Origin: Paecilomyces variotii | Lineage: Eukaryota | Length of the DNA stretch: 64,000 nucleotides | Assembly: GCA_004022145.1 (NCBI GenBank) | Contig: RCNU01000022.1 | Strand: one strand, 5' to 3' | Part shown: positions 1-12,929 of the stretch, piece after piece | Layout: the number at the start of each line of letters is the position of its first letter | How positions within the stretch are numbered: position 1 is the first letter of the stretch | Program-made: the position numbers and the translations under genes | Notes under the pieces: model-generated | Seen by the model: only the letters and a program-made list of their open reading frames with translations | Told to the model about the DNA's origin: nothing | Database searches by the model: none

Positions 1-2839
1 CTCTTAGATAAGTTTTTAAGCCTTATTAATCCGTTACTCTTTTTTTTATAATAAAAGGGCTGCTTTTATTTCTATAATAATATATTATAATATCTCTTTT
101 ATTAATTTCCCTTTAAAGGATATAATTTAAAAAACCTTATTTATTTTTAATAGTTAAAGTTCTTTCTTATTATAATACCTAACTAAATATATTAGTCTTA
201 TATCTTATTTAGGGTAAAGTCTTCTTTATTTAGGTTAAAATATTTTTTATCCCTATATTTAAATTTAGGATACTCTTTAGCCCTATATAGATTATCTTAG
301 GCTTTATAATATAAGCTGCTAAGTATATTATTAGAAGTATCTATATTAATTAACTTAAAATCTCTAAATAGTTAAACTATCCCTAATACTAAGAATTTTT
401 TAGGGAGAAAATCTTTAAATAAGGATTTTTTAACTTTTATATTATTTTTATCTTTTATATTTTTAAGACTTCTTAAATAAGACTCTTTATTTTTCCTTTA
501 ATTTAGCTATTGCTAAATATGCTTAATATTTACTTAGCCTCTATATTATCTTTAAATTATATAGTTTTAATATTTTATATATCTTTTAGGTATCTAGTTT
601 CTTTTTTAATAAAGGGGTCTTCTAGATTTACTACAGAAAAGAAGGGCTTTATATTAATTCTTAAGGCTTTATTAGGAGGTTTTATTACCTATTTATCTTT
701 AAAAGTTTTATTTATAAATTATTTAGTTTCTTTAAGTAAATTTTTATAAAAATAAGTTATTATTTTAAATAATCTCTTTTTCTATTACTTTATTATTACT
801 AGCTTTATATTTTTAACTATTTTTAATATTCCTCTGGCTTTTTTTATAGATATATTCTCCTTTATATTAATTATATTAGCTAATAATTATATATATAGCT
901 TGTAGATTAATTTAATCTTCCTTAAATTAACTTATTATAAGACTTTTTTAACCTCTTTAATACTTATATTTAGTTTATTTAGCTAAGTCTATATTTTAGT
1001 TTCCTCCTTATCTAAGTAGTAATAATCTTTAAAGTTAGTATTAAATCTTTATCTCTCTTAAAACTATTTCTAGTAGTCTATATTAGTATTCTAGGATTTA
1101 AGGTTATTATTATTATCTATAAGTATTTTTAACCTTTTTCTAAGAATATTATCTTTTATACTTCTTAGTCCTATTATATTTTATATTTTTTTAATATAAA
1201 CTTAATATATAGCGGCAGGTTTAATCCTTTCTTCCCTTAAAAATTCTAATATTTTTTTGCCTTTTAGATTAATAATAGCCTTTTTTATTAATATAGATAT
1301 ACTAACCTTATATTTATATCTTTTTTTTAGCTATTTCCTCTTATTTTAAATCTTAAGCTTTTTTTTTTTTTTTAGTTTTTTAGGACTTTTAATTCTCTTC
1401 TTCCCTTTCTTCTTTTTTTCTATATTTTTTTTTCCTTTATCTAATATTAGATCTATTAATAAGCTCTTATTTAAATCTTTTATTTAATATCTTTTCTCTT
1501 CTCCTATAATCTCCTTTAAAAGATTATTTTTTTTATTTTTATTTTAACCTCTTATAGCTCTTTATTAATAAATTTTTAAAAAATTAGTCTTTCTCTACTA
1601 AGGGCTTTTCTTAAGATATCTCTTGCCTTTCTAATATTAATTAATTAAAGGCTTTTTTTAGTTAATATTCCTTATCTCCTAATATTATAAAATCTGTTAA
1701 CCTATACTTTTATTAAATATATAGCTGCTATTCTTTAGTCTCTAATATTAGATATTAATCCTCCTATAGCTATTAAGATCTAATATAATTATCTAATAAT
1801 TAATAAGACTTAATCTATAGTCTCTTAGCCCTATTTCTTTATAGCTTTATAATAACCTTTATTAATATATTTATAATTCTTTTTTACTTATATTTTTAAT
1901 TCTTTTAGCTTATTAATAGCTAATATTTCTTTTTTTTTTACTTCTTTTAATAGCTCCTATTAATTTAAAAAATTATAAAAATTACTAGCTGCTTTATTAT
2001 GCCTGCTTTAAAAATTTAAAATAATTATTACTATATTGCTTATAAACTAAATCTTCTCTTTTTTATTATTAGCCTTACTTATTATCTCTTTTATAAGCTT
2101 ATAAATTTCGCTAATTATAATATATATATATATTTTAAGTTAAAGAGCTTTATCCTAATAGATAATATTTTATATTTTTAATATATTTTCTTCTATTTTT
2201 AATATATATCTTTATAGAGTAATTTTTTAAAATAGTTTTTAAGTAAAAAGATATACTTAAAAGATAAGATAGGGTTAAGTTTAATTTAATTTAGTCTCTA
2301 ATTACTTCTGCTGTAGTATTATATAATATAAAAAGTAAGGTTTTTATAATAAGGTAAGCATTCTTTATTTATTGCTTATATTCTTTATCTAATATTTTCT
2401 ATTTTTAGCTTTATTTATAAACTTTTTTAAGATATTTAAACTAATATTATATATTTTTTAATTATCTCTCTTTTTCTTCTTTCTTAATTATTATTAGGCA
2501 TCTTTAAATTCTTCTCCTCCCTTAAAAAAAATACCCTTATCTTAAGTTTACTCTCTTTCTTTTTTTATTATAATACTAGTACTTATTTTATTATTATCTT
2601 TTTATTTCTTCTCCTTTTAAACTAATTTTTTATTTAGCATTAAATTTACTTTACTGCTAGCTTTTTACTTCCCTCTTTTTAAGCTAATATTTTTAAAAAG
2701 AAGGTATTAAAATTATAACTATATATTTTAATCTAAATAATATCTAGTCTATATTATTGTTACTATTACTTAATTACTAATTTTCTTACTTAAATATTAT
2801 ATTATTACTTATAGTTAATATTTTATTTTAATTCTCTTA

Positions 2840-3700
2840 TAAATAGTAGCCTTTTAAATAATTCTTATAAATTAGGTTCCTAAAAGGTATACTATTTAAC
2901 TTTTTAAGCTTATAAGATTTTTTTCTAAGGACTTTTTTAATCTTATATAGTTTAAGCTAGTGGTATACTAGTTTTATAAAGTAAAATATCTTAAGCTTTA
3001 TATTATAAAGCAGAATAAGCTATCTTTCTATTAATTATTCTTTATAGAGCTATTTTTTATTATTAAAAACTTCCTTACTAGCTTCTCTTATATATTAGAT
3101 ATAAAGTTAGGCCTTTTTTATATCTTAATCTTAAAGCTTTATTTATTATATATAAAAGAATAGAAGATCTTTTATAGTCCTAACCTTATCCTATATTAAA
3201 GTCTTTTAAATAGGTATTTCTAGTTTAATTAGCAGTATAGTATTATATCTTATAATTGCTTTAAATAGTATTAAGCCTATAGAGGTCTTAATTATATTCT
3301 TATCTGCCTAAATTACTACTAATAGATAATTTACTTAATTTACCTTTATTTCTTTTATAAGTTTTCTAATACTATATATAAAAGACTTATATATAACTTT
3401 AATTGCTTTATTTGCTTGCAGATTATATAATAAGACTTTAATATAATTAATCTTATATTTCTATACTAATATATTAACTATAGCTTTATTTTTTAATCTT
3501 TTATTATTAATAAGAGTCTTTATTACTCTTTAATAATAAATCTAATCTTTCTATAGGAATTTAGCAATAGCTCCTAAAATAAAGCTATTAAAGACTTTAT
3601 ATTTAACTTAGCTAAAGTTATCCTAAAATATAATAATATAAGTTTTTCCTTTACTAGGCAGTATAATCTTATAGATATCTAGATATAGCTTTAATCTCTT
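2840..3700 (-). pseudogene. Integrase relic of element A
   Basis: Reads GAIAKFL*KD*IYY*...LLYNLQANKAIK...VI*ADKNIIKTSIGLILFK, which restores by reversing C>T/G>A changes to AKFLWEDWICRWG...SPYNPQANGAIE...WADRSTIKTSTGLTPF, an rve integrase core. Confidence 0.85.
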
Positions 3701-6700
3701 TAATAGAATAAATATTAACTATAAAGCTTCTTCTATATATTCTTTATTTATTTTTTAATATTTATTATATATCTTTACCTATTTAGTAATATACTTATAT
3801 AGGCCTTTTTATTAATATTAATTAGCTATCTTTTAATAAGTTGCTTTATGCTTATAATATCTATACTCTTTATAAAGGGCTATAAGAATTTTTTTTTACT
3901 TTTTTTTATTGTTAATAACTATACAGTAAGGCTAATTTTATTATATTCTTTAGAAAAGCATATTATCTTAGACTATATATTTTAGGGCCTCTTTCTTAAA
4001 TTTAGTATACTATCTTTTATCTATATTATCTAGTTTTATTATAATTTATAACTATTCTATAATTAGTAAAGACTTTTTTAACTAATATAATATAAGTATT
4101 AATTAAGGGATATTATTTAATTCTATCTCTTATATGCTAGTATAATAGACTATATAAAATTATAAATCTAAGAATTTCTCTATATTATTATCTTCTATCT
4201 TTTTTAAATCTTATTCTATTGCTAGCTTCTAAAATAACCTATCTATAATTAAGTTCTTTTTCCCCAATATATAGATAATATTAAAGTTAAATAACTAAAT
4301 TTAAGCAATTTATTAAGTAATTATTAATTTAAGAAAGTCTATAACTATCTTATTTAGTTACACTACTAAAATTTTTATATTTACCTCTAATTAAAAATAT
4401 ATATTATATAGGTATATTTAGAATTTATAAAGCATTTTTAGCACTATCTTATATTCTAGCTTTTTTTTATTATATTGCCTCTCTGCTTATATTTATACTT
4501 TACTTTTATATCTAGCTGGGTATCTCTTATTAAACTCTTTTTTTTTTAAGTAAATTAAGCTCTTTATTTACTGCTATTAGTATTAGTATTAATAATAATT
4601 ATACCTTCCTTTTTATAATTAATTAGCTTAAATGCTAGTACTATTATTAGGGCTATTTTTAAAGTATTTATTGCTTTTTATTATTCTAGCCCCTAAAAGA
4701 AGTCTTATTTCTTTTTTAGTATTAAGTATATTAGCTTAGCTTTAATAATATATTTTTTAATCTATATCTAGTAATAGGCTATAACTCCTAAAAATCCTCT
4801 TGCTTTTTATAAGTTCTAATAAAATAATTATTTTAAGATCTTAATTATTTTAACTAACTTAAGATATTTCCCTTTAATATTATATATATAGCCTACTATT
4901 TTAATTCCTAGTATTATAAATTATAATTTTTCCCTAATAATTATTAAATCTGCAAGTTTAAGACTGCATAATACCTTATTAATATTCTGGATATATTTAA
5001 ATATAAACCTTCTAATTCTTAGTAGTATCTCTTCCCCCTTATAATTAATCTTAAGTCCTTATATTAGCATATTATCTAGAAATATATTATAGATATTAGG
5101 AATATTATCTGCTAGTATTCTTATAACTTCTTATATAAATTCTTATATTATATTTATCTATTCTTAAGATAGTCTAGCTTAATAAATTAAACTAATCTCT
5201 AGTATATAAAAAGCTATTAAGTCTTATAATTCCTTAGCTAATTTTAATTAATTATATCTAGAGAATAAGTCTATAAATATTAATACTAATATTTTATTAA
5301 ACTCTTCTAAGAACTTATTAGCTAAAGGGGGCAGATTAGTATCTTATATTATTACTTAATTAACTTTTATAGCTATATTAATTAGCTAATATTTATTATT
5401 TTTCTTTTTTATTAGGAACTATAGATTTTAGTAAGATCCTTAACTATATTTAAGGATCCCTATATTTATCCTCTCTTTTATTATTTCTTATATTATATTA
5501 TAGAGTATTTTTAATATTAAGAAGCTCTTTACCTATTATAATTTATAATTTATAGTCTAAATAGCAATTAAAGGTATAACCTCTAGATATATTTATTTAA
5601 TCTTTTTAAAGGTCTAGATAAAGACTATTTTTTAGGCAAAAAGTATTTTTATTAATAGTTTTTTTTCTCTTAGCTATAAATTGTTATTTATAATGAGATT
5701 CTTTAGATAGTCTAGTATTAATCTTATTCCTCTCTTAATATCTAATATCTTTAACTAAATATATTTAGCAAATCCTTTATATATTTTTTTTATATTTTTT
5801 TAGAGGTTCCTATAATAATATTCTCTAATAATTTTTTTTTATTTTAATAACTCCTTTAAAGCTATTATAGGTCTGTTTAATATATTTATTAAATAAATCT
5901 TTTTATATTTCTTTTTATACTATATATTAATAGAATATTTTATTTTTATAGTAAAAAGGTTATATCTTCTAGATAGTCTATACTCTTATAACCTTCTAAC
6001 TCCTTTATTTAATTTAATAGGTTTAAATATCCTTATTTCTTTGCTTTTAATTTCCTTACTTATTTTAAAGTTAATATTATTTATTAAGTATAGCTCCTAC
6101 AGGCCTTTTTTATTCTTAGTCTAATATTTATTATTTTTTTTTAATTCTAGTTTAATAATTCTTATACCTAGGATAATAGATTGCGCAATATTTTTTCTCT
6201 TAATTTATTTCTTAGGTTATCTATTAAAAATACCTAAATAATAGCTTAATTTTTTTAGTCTATAAAATAAATTATACTCTTTACTATTTTATCTAATAAA
6301 GTAATATATTATAAATATATTTAATACTTAAAAGGCCGTCTCAGAATATAATTATAGTTAATCTTATTATTTACTATAAAGAAAGGGACCTTATAATAAA
6401 AAGATCTTATTTATATAGGTATCTCTTTATAGAGACCTATAAAAGGAGTTTGCCTACTATCTATTAATATTATATTACTTTTAAATTTCTAGCTTATAAT
6501 AAGTTTATAGTAATTTATTATATCTTTATATATTATATTAATTTTAGCTCTACTATCTATTATAATATTTTATATCTTCTTATAACTATTAATTCTAATT
6601 AATAACTTTAGAGTTGCGGCTATATATAGTACCTTATCTTTATTAAGAGGCTTAAGTTATAAGGATATATAAGTGCATTAATCCGCACTATTTATTATAT

Positions 6701-8934
6701 ACTTTATATTTAATATAGAGGTATTAAACTATATTCCTTTAATATTATAAAATATTATCTTTATTATTACCTGCTATAGTTATAAAATAAATAAGGCCTT
6801 ATATAAATTAGGAGATAGACTAATAAGGTCTTAAATTAATATCTGAACTTTAATATTTAATATCTAATTTATAACCCCTATTATATTAATAGTCCCTTTT
6901 AGCTTATTTATAATTTTAAACTTTTTTAACTTTTATTTCTTTTTTATTTTAATAACCTTTTTATCCTTACTCTGCTTAGGTATATTCTTTATTTTTTCTT
7001 AAATTATTCTTATTTTTTCAATTATACTTAAAGGCTAATAATTACTAAATTAATTTATCTTAATTAAAAAAAATCTCTATTTTTATTTAATTACTTTCTA
7101 TAATTTTTCTTTATATAATTATTTAATCCCGCTTTATTTTTTCTTTACTTTTTAAGACTTATTTAATCTTATTATATTAATAAAATAGTAATTTTTTATA
7201 ATATTCCTAGCTTCTTCCTTAAAACTTAAGTTATCCTTAAGCTATTCTAGCATAATTAACTAAATATTATACTTAATTAAGCTAATATTTTTTTACTCTT
7301 CTTTTAGTCTCTATTTAATAATCTTTTTTTATAATATATTCCCCTATATAAGATAAATAACTTCTTTATTTTATCTTTCTAGCCTAAAATAAAGTTTATA
7401 ATCTTTTTTTTAATAGATAAGCTTCTAATTTAAAAGGCTTTTTAAATCTAGATAATAAGATTAAATATAATTAAGAGCCCAGCAGAAGTTATATAAATTT
7501 AGAGATATTCTAGATTCTCTAGTTAGATTAAATCCTAAAGATGCCTTAATTTATATATTTATATTAGTATTAGGCATACTATTATTAGGCCTTCTTATAT
7601 ATTATATACTATATAATTTCAACTTCTTAAACTTTTTTATTAACTAATTAATTTATAACTATTTTATTAACTTTATTTTAGTACTCTATTATTTAGTCCT
7701 ATTTTTATTCTTATTTAGGTAAGTTTTATTAGATTTAATAAGAAGTTATATATTGCTTTCTTTAATTATTTTCTCCTTTATTAAAGCTATTATATCTTAA
7801 TCTTTCTTTAGTTTATTATTATTAAGGTAGTAAAAGGTTTTAATTATTCTTACTCTATTTACTATCTTTTTATAGAAATTAATATATTTAATAATAGATA
7901 GAATATAGTAATTTATATTTAACTCTTAAACTATTTACTATTTAAGCTTCTCTAAAAGTTCTTAAAAATACTAAACTCCCTGTAAGTATTAGTTTAACTT
8001 ATTTAAAGTTACCAGCGCTTTTAATACAGCTTAATATTTTTAGTTATACTCCCTTAGATTTTTAGAGCTATTATATTTTATATTTTTAAACCTTTTTAGC
8101 TATTAGATATTATATTTCTTTTAGTGCTTATTATAGTAAATATACTCTTATTTAATTGCTTTTATTAGTTTTAGATAATTCTTTTTTTTATATTTAGATT
8201 AAATATTTATTTATAATAATATTAATAGGCTATAATAATCTATAAACTATTTAATTTTTTCTTTTTCTAAGAGTTAATTTACCTTATATAGCCTTTTAAA
8301 AAGCTTTAAGTAATAAGTAATATTATCCCCTTTAAAATATAGTACTCTAGAATTTTTAAGCATCGGCATTTATAGAGCTAATATAATCTAGATTAGCTAT
8401 ATTATTAGTAGTTCTATATTTTTAGATACCTAAGCTATTTATACCTCTAGACCTAATAATATTAAGAAGCTAGGGGTTCTTTTATTTTAACTAACATTAA
8501 AAAGATTAGTACTTTTTTTTATATTTTTTTAAAGGAATAGTAATAAGGATAATAATAAGAAATTCTTTTACTTTTTAATAGATAGTTCTTGCTTAATAAT
8601 TTCTTATTCCTTTTAAATTTTTATTTCTCTTTTATATTTATTAAGCTCTTCTTTATATTTAATAGTCTTTCCTTTTTCTTATTATTAATATATATTTTCG
8701 CCCTATATTATATTTGCTGTCTTTATTAATTTAAGAGATATATTTATTTCTTTCTATTTATAGTAGTAATTTTCCTTAATTATTTTATTTATTTTTTTAT
8801 TGCTTTTTACTCTTTTCTTTAATTTTAGCCTTAATCTTAGCTTTTAATTTTTCTTTCTCCCTTATTTCTGCTTAATATTTTAATACCCCCTATATTTAGC
8901 TCTAATTTATTATAGGAAGATATATTAAGACTTA

Positions 8935-9250
8935 ATATAAAGTCTTTAAGTGAGTAAGTATTAAGAAAGAAGAGAAGAGTATTTAGCTTTAGAGCTTAAA
9001 ATAGAGTTAGAGAAAAAACTCTAGCTATAAACTAATATAGTAAACTAATAATAATCTAATATTAAACTAATACTAAATAATAATAGAAAGGAAAAGCTAA
9101 TTATTTTATTTTAAATAACTAAAAGGTATTATCTTCTTACTCTCCTGCTTTACTTATAGACTTTATAAAGACTTTAAGTAAAAGCATATAACCTCTTGAC
9201 TAATTATATTCTTTACACTAATTCTCTTTACTATACTAGGAGTTATAATA
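8935..9250 (-). repeat. Putative 5' LTR of element A
   Basis: Non-coding-looking stretch upstream of the gag-like tract; minus strand starts TATTATAACTCC at 9250 (RIP form of TGTT...). Inner boundary approximate; no second copy in the window. Confidence 0.5.
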
Positions 9251-12200
9251 TCTTAAATAGACTCTTCTCTAATTATCTTAATAATTAGCATTCTTTATAT
9301 TAAGTATTTTAAACTACCTATACCGCCCGTTTTAATAGGTTTATATTCTAAACTGCTTTCTTATATATGCTTATTCTAAGCTTTATACTAAAGCTTTTTT
9401 TAGAGGGTTAGAAATAATCTTATTTAAGATTTAGATTTAAATAATTTAAAATCTACCTTTTTAAATAGAGTATTTATAATATTAAGCTATCTTAGCTTAT
9501 ATTTAATTTAAAAGTTATATGCTACTAATAGTTCTGCCTATTAAGCTTATCTATTATTTAATATCTTTATAGTAAAGAAATAGTATAAGTTTATATAGTT
9601 GCTTTATATCTATATAGAGTATCTATTACTTTCTAGATAATAATACTAATATTTAAAAGTATTAATAATAGCTAGAAGTTCTTAATTATAGATTTTATAG
9701 TATACTTCTATTTTAATAAACTTTTAGGCATAATATATTATAAAGTGCTAGTTCTTAAATATAATTTATTAGTCTGTCTAGGTTTTAATTCTTAGACCTA
9801 TTTCTAATTTAATACCTAGAGCTATTTTATTATTATTTCCCTAAAGAAGTATAATAGTAAGAATAAATCTTAAGATATTAATCGCTAGTATTATTAGCTT
9901 CTCTAGATTAAAATACCTTAGCACTAATAGAGTTATAAAAGCTAATTTTAGCTTATTAAATGCCTTTATAGCTTCTTTAGTTTAAATAAATATCTTAATT
10001 TTCTTTTCTTAAATATTTCCTTTTAGTAAACTAATTAAGGAAGCTATTTTTATAAAGTAGTTATAGATAAATCTTTTAAAGAAACTAATAAATTTTAAAA
10101 AGACTTAAACTTCTTTAAAAGATTTAGGCTCTAGCTAGTCTTTAATAGTTTTTATTCTGCTAAAATCTATTTTTATTCTATTTTTTTTTATAAAAAAATT
10201 AAGGAATTTAACTCTTTTTTTATAGAATTTATATTTAGATAATTTTATATATAATTTATATTTTTATAGCCTTTCTAGAATTTATACTATATATCTCTTA
10301 TACTTCTTAATAGAGTTAGAGAAAATTAAGATATTATCTAAATATATAATATAATAGATATTTAATAACCCCTGCAATATCTAATTAATATAGGCTTAAA
10401 AAATAGCAGACGTATTATATAGGCTAAATAATATTATTAAATATTTAAAATATCTATAATAGGTTTAAAAGGCTATTTTCTATTTATCTCCTTAGTGGAT
10501 TTAAATCTAATAATAGGTATTCTTAAGATTAAGCTTAATAAAGATCTTAGAGCTAACTAATTAATTAAGCATTTTATCTACTTTAAGTAAAGAATATCTG
10601 TTTTTTATAGTAATACTATTTAAAGCTCTATAATTAATATAAAGCCTTAATATACTATCTGCCTTTAGAATAAATAGAATAAGTACCTTTATAGAACTAA
10701 TTAATAATTATATTTAACCCTTCTATTATATATCTTTAAGATATTTATATAGAATATCTAATTCTTTAGTAAAGAGGTTATAAAATCTACTCTATAGAGG
10801 CGCCTTATTATTTAAAAGTTTAATCTTATATTTACTTATTTTAGCGGGTAATATATTTATATTCTTCTTTAAAAAGACCTTAATATATTTCTTATATTTT
10901 AGAGATAGATCTTTAGGAATAATAAGGTTAATTTAGTCCTTATAAAATATATAGATTATCTCTCCTCTTATTATTTTAGAGAATTATTAAGCATTTTTAA
11001 TCTTTATCTATAGCTAATATAGAATATAATATCTCTAAGTTATTAACTCCTAATCTATAATAAGATTTATAATATATAGCTATAATTTCTTAAAAATAAT
11101 ATTTAATCTAGATATTAAGATAATATAAAAATATATCTTTACCTTCTCTATTATTTTTTTAGAGTTAATAATATAAATCTTTACTTTAAATAATCTATAC
11201 TTCTAAATTTTATACCTATTAATAGATTTAAAGTTTATATATTATTAGAAGTTTAAAGAAATTTTATAATATATAGCTATATCTAGGCTAATATAATAAT
11301 AGGCTAATCTAGAATTAATAAAAGCCTTATTTTTAAATATATTATTAGGAAGGTACAGTTATATTAAAATATATAAAGATTTTTTTTTTAGCTTAAACCC
11401 TTTATTATAAAAAGCTATAATAGTCTTAAATTTTTTTTTAAGAGGTCTTTTTTTTTCAGGTATAATTTAAATCTTTATATATAGCTTATTTTATTATAAT
11501 TAAAGTAGTAGCTTTCTTTTTTAAGCTAATCCTATTTTATTAATAATTTAAACTTTTTTTTTTAAGATTTAGTTAACTCCACGCGCTAATTATTAATCTC
11601 CTTTCTTTTTTATCTTAAGGGAGAGTCCTTTAATATATTTTATATTAATCTACTTATATTTAGTAGAATAAATTAATTTATAGTCTTATTTTTCTTCTAA
11701 TTTATCTTTTAATTAATAGCTAAAGATATTAATTAATTAAGATTTATTAGGAGGTCTTAATAGTTTAGTAATTTTATTTAAACCTTAGGTTATAATTTTA
11801 TATAGAAGATATAAGACTAGATAATTCTATTATTATTAAACCCTTTACCTTAATTTAACTTTACTTAAGCCTACTTAAAATAATATAAGAAGGCTTAGGC
11901 AGTTTAATTAAGATATTAAATTAAGGTATAAAAATAGTTTATTACATTCTATCTTTAATAATATAGATTATTAAGTAAATCTAATAACTAATCCTTAAAT
12001 TCTTCCTAAATTAGCATTTAAAAGTTAGAATTCTCTTATTAGTAGATTTAAAACTAAGCTAATTCTCTATTTAGTAATACTATAATATAAATAACCTTCT
12101 TAGCTTTATTTTTAAATAACAAAGTATTATAAGCTAAGTATTTATCTATATACTAGCACTACTAGTAATAGGTATTAAGTATAGTAGCTTTATATCTCTA

Positions 12201-12929
12201 TAAATCTAATAGCTTAAACCTTAGCTACTTATTAATATAACTAGCGGCAAAGAACTATAAAAGGTTTCTTTTTATTAATAATTTATTTTCTGTTTAAGCT
12301 TACTTTATCCCTGGGCTTATTAGAGTATCTCCTAGGGTTTATAAGCTAGCTTTAGTAATTAATTACTGCGAGCTAAGTTTAGCACTTTCTAAACCCTTTA
12401 AAATATATACTATAGGCTAAATATTAAGACCCTTATTCTCTAAGTTATAGGATATATTAATACTGCTATTTATATTGCTAAATTAAGTAATTTAAACTAT
12501 AAGGAATAGAGGTTCTTAAAGGTTATTAATAAATTACTCTACTAATAATTATAATAAGAAAGATAGCAGCTTTATATATTTAGCTTAGAGAAGGGTTTAC
12601 TAGCAAAATAAAGGGTTAACTATTATAATAAAGGGTTTAACTAGTATAAAGAAAGGTCTATGCTAAAGGGTTTTAATAGTAAAGAGTTTATATAAATAGA
12701 AAAATAATAAGATATATATTATATTAAAACAGATTACTAGCTTTTAATAAAATAATAATCTAGAGCCTATTTATATTCTAAATCTTAAGCACTTCTTAGC
12801 TTTATCTTATATAAATCTTAAAAGCAGGGAGAGTAAGGTTTAACTAATTACCTCGGTATTATATTTAGATTTGGGGCTTCGCTATAGTCTTATAAGCTTA
12901 TACCCTAGCGGGGAGCTAGGAGCATAATA
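9251..12929 (-). mobile_element. Ty3/gypsy LTR retrotransposon relic B (5' part: gag, protease, RT, RNase H)
   Basis: Minus strand: knuckle YYFNYNKISY (~11480-11510, de-RIP CFNCNKIGH), protease AFINSR (~11310, DSG), RT KLNLKNTYY*I*I...GDK*KIAF...IIYLDNILIF (10321-10550, YLDD), RNase H ELLAIINTFKY*YYYLES...R*A**AELL (9480-9720). No integrase follows. Confidence 0.9.
12700..12929 (-). repeat. Putative 5' LTR of element B
   Basis: Minus strand begins TATTATGCTCC at 12929 (RIP form of TGTTATG); lies upstream of gag. Inner boundary approximate. Confidence 0.5.

Larger units (their letters stand above)
1..9250 (-). mobile_element. Ty3/gypsy LTR retrotransposon relic A (RIP-inactivated; 3' end not seen)
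   Basis: Minus-strand translation shows protease IIDSRAKINI (~6541-6570, de-RIP DSGAE), RT NIFLDNMLI*GLK (FLDN at 5071-5082, de-RIP FLDD) followed by IRRFIFKYIQNINKVL, and integrase (~2840-3700). Order PR-RT-IN is gypsy-type. Assignment of 1-2400 to this element is less certain. Confidence 0.85.

Noticed and set aside
510..749. 79-aa ORF in the AT block
   Set aside because: Ile/Leu/Phe/Tyr-rich chance frame typical of RIP-mutated DNA.
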